Of a stretch of 64,000 nt of DNA, positions 63,501-64,000 are shown in pieces. The number at the start of each line of letters is the position of its first letter. Position 1 is the stretch's first letter. A program made the translations under genes and the position numbers. The stretch covers positions 186,001 through 250,000 of the forward strand of contig NIVC01000269.1 of assembly GCA_002269645.1 (NCBI GenBank), in the 5' to 3' direction. The stretch comes from Macrostomum lignano (taxonomy: Eukaryota). The notes beneath the pieces were generated by a model, which was not told the DNA's origin, made no database searches, and worked only from the letters and a program-made list of their open reading frames with translations.

Positions 63501-63661
63501 GCGAAGGTGACGCGTCTTCATGAATTCGCCTTCCAGAGTGGACGAAGTCAGTGACGCTTGGTCTTCGGGACGGACTGCCGCGGCCGAGGAAGCGTACAGG
63601 AGTCGGTAGATGGACTGGCTGTCCGCGCCTGACTGAGCTGGAGTGTCTGCCAGCGATGAGG
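57500..63661 (-). CDS. PDZ-domain protein (partial model; harmonin/whirlin/PDZD-like PDZ)
   Basis: Exons 63661-63356 (phase 1-1), 59659-59190 (poly-Q, then RRVTLLKD..GSFGFSVR...VVASVVTGSAASDE, donor GAG|GTTTGT) and 57701-about 57500 (GIQPGDQLLELEGEPVANMTLHQLALAVK) join in frame to one PDZ domain. The 5' and 3' ends are unresolved. Confidence 0.75.
57735..59057. repeat. 22-bp minisatellite (GGGAATGAGGATTATTGGGATCA)
   Basis: About 60 units; it fills the intron that splits the PDZ domain. Confidence 0.95.
59835..60137. repeat. 25-bp tandem repeat (TATTACTGACAGGTGACACACACTA), about 12 copies
   Basis: Period 25 is directly visible. Confidence 0.95.
60603..61870. repeat. 19-bp purine-rich minisatellite (GAGAGAAGAGAGGGAGACA)
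   Basis: Directly visible; it explains the REER and LSLS ORFs. Confidence 0.97.
62455..63195. repeat. 22-24-bp minisatellite (GCCATGAGGTGTCTTCTGGGG[G]A)
   Basis: About 30 units, degenerating toward 63330. Confidence 0.95.
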
Positions 63662-64000
63662 CTGAACGCGTTGGCGGGTGGGTTGGTTTGACGAATCCCA
63701 ATGACAAGGATTGGATTCTTAATCCCAAAAGGAGTTCCGATTGGAATCTTTCCCAGCTATAAAGCTTCTATTCTTATTCCAAATTCAGACAAAATCGAAG
63801 TTTCATCCACACCCATGAAGGCCCAACCCCCAAGGCACAGGGAGCGCAGTATTGACGCGCTTGCATGCGCTCAGGAATCAGCGGAATGGGCGGAGTTGCC
63901 GTCAGCGCTGGTTGTGTGACGATGTCGATATCATGGAATATAATATATTAATATCGCGACATCAAAGCCTTGATTAGGTAAACCCATTGATGATTATTAA

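Overview
This is eukaryotic (animal) genomic DNA, not prokaryotic: genes are spliced with GT-AG introns and embedded in dense micro/minisatellites and decayed transposons. The style suggests an invertebrate, possibly a free-living flatworm such as Macrostomum; that is inference only. Genes reconstructed by hand: two caspase-family genes on + (about 2355-7722 and 9432-11965); an EPHX3/4-type epoxide hydrolase on - (20418-25389, 5 exons); an ankyrin-repeat TRP channel with a TRPM-like membrane region on + (30156-33597, 2 exons); a 7-repeat delta1-type protocadherin on - (35572-43948, 5 exons); and part of a PDZ-domain gene on - (about 57500-63661). Main finding: the four caspase-like ORFs in the ORF track join through in-frame phase-1 splice sites into two multi-caspase-domain proteins. 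Each carries one or two highly degenerate caspase-fold domains, a pseudo-caspase with Trp in place of the catalytic Cys, and a C-terminal domain with an intact His/Cys dyad. No CARD or DED prodomain is visible. The 5' end of gene A is unresolved, and all splice models are predictions without transcript support.
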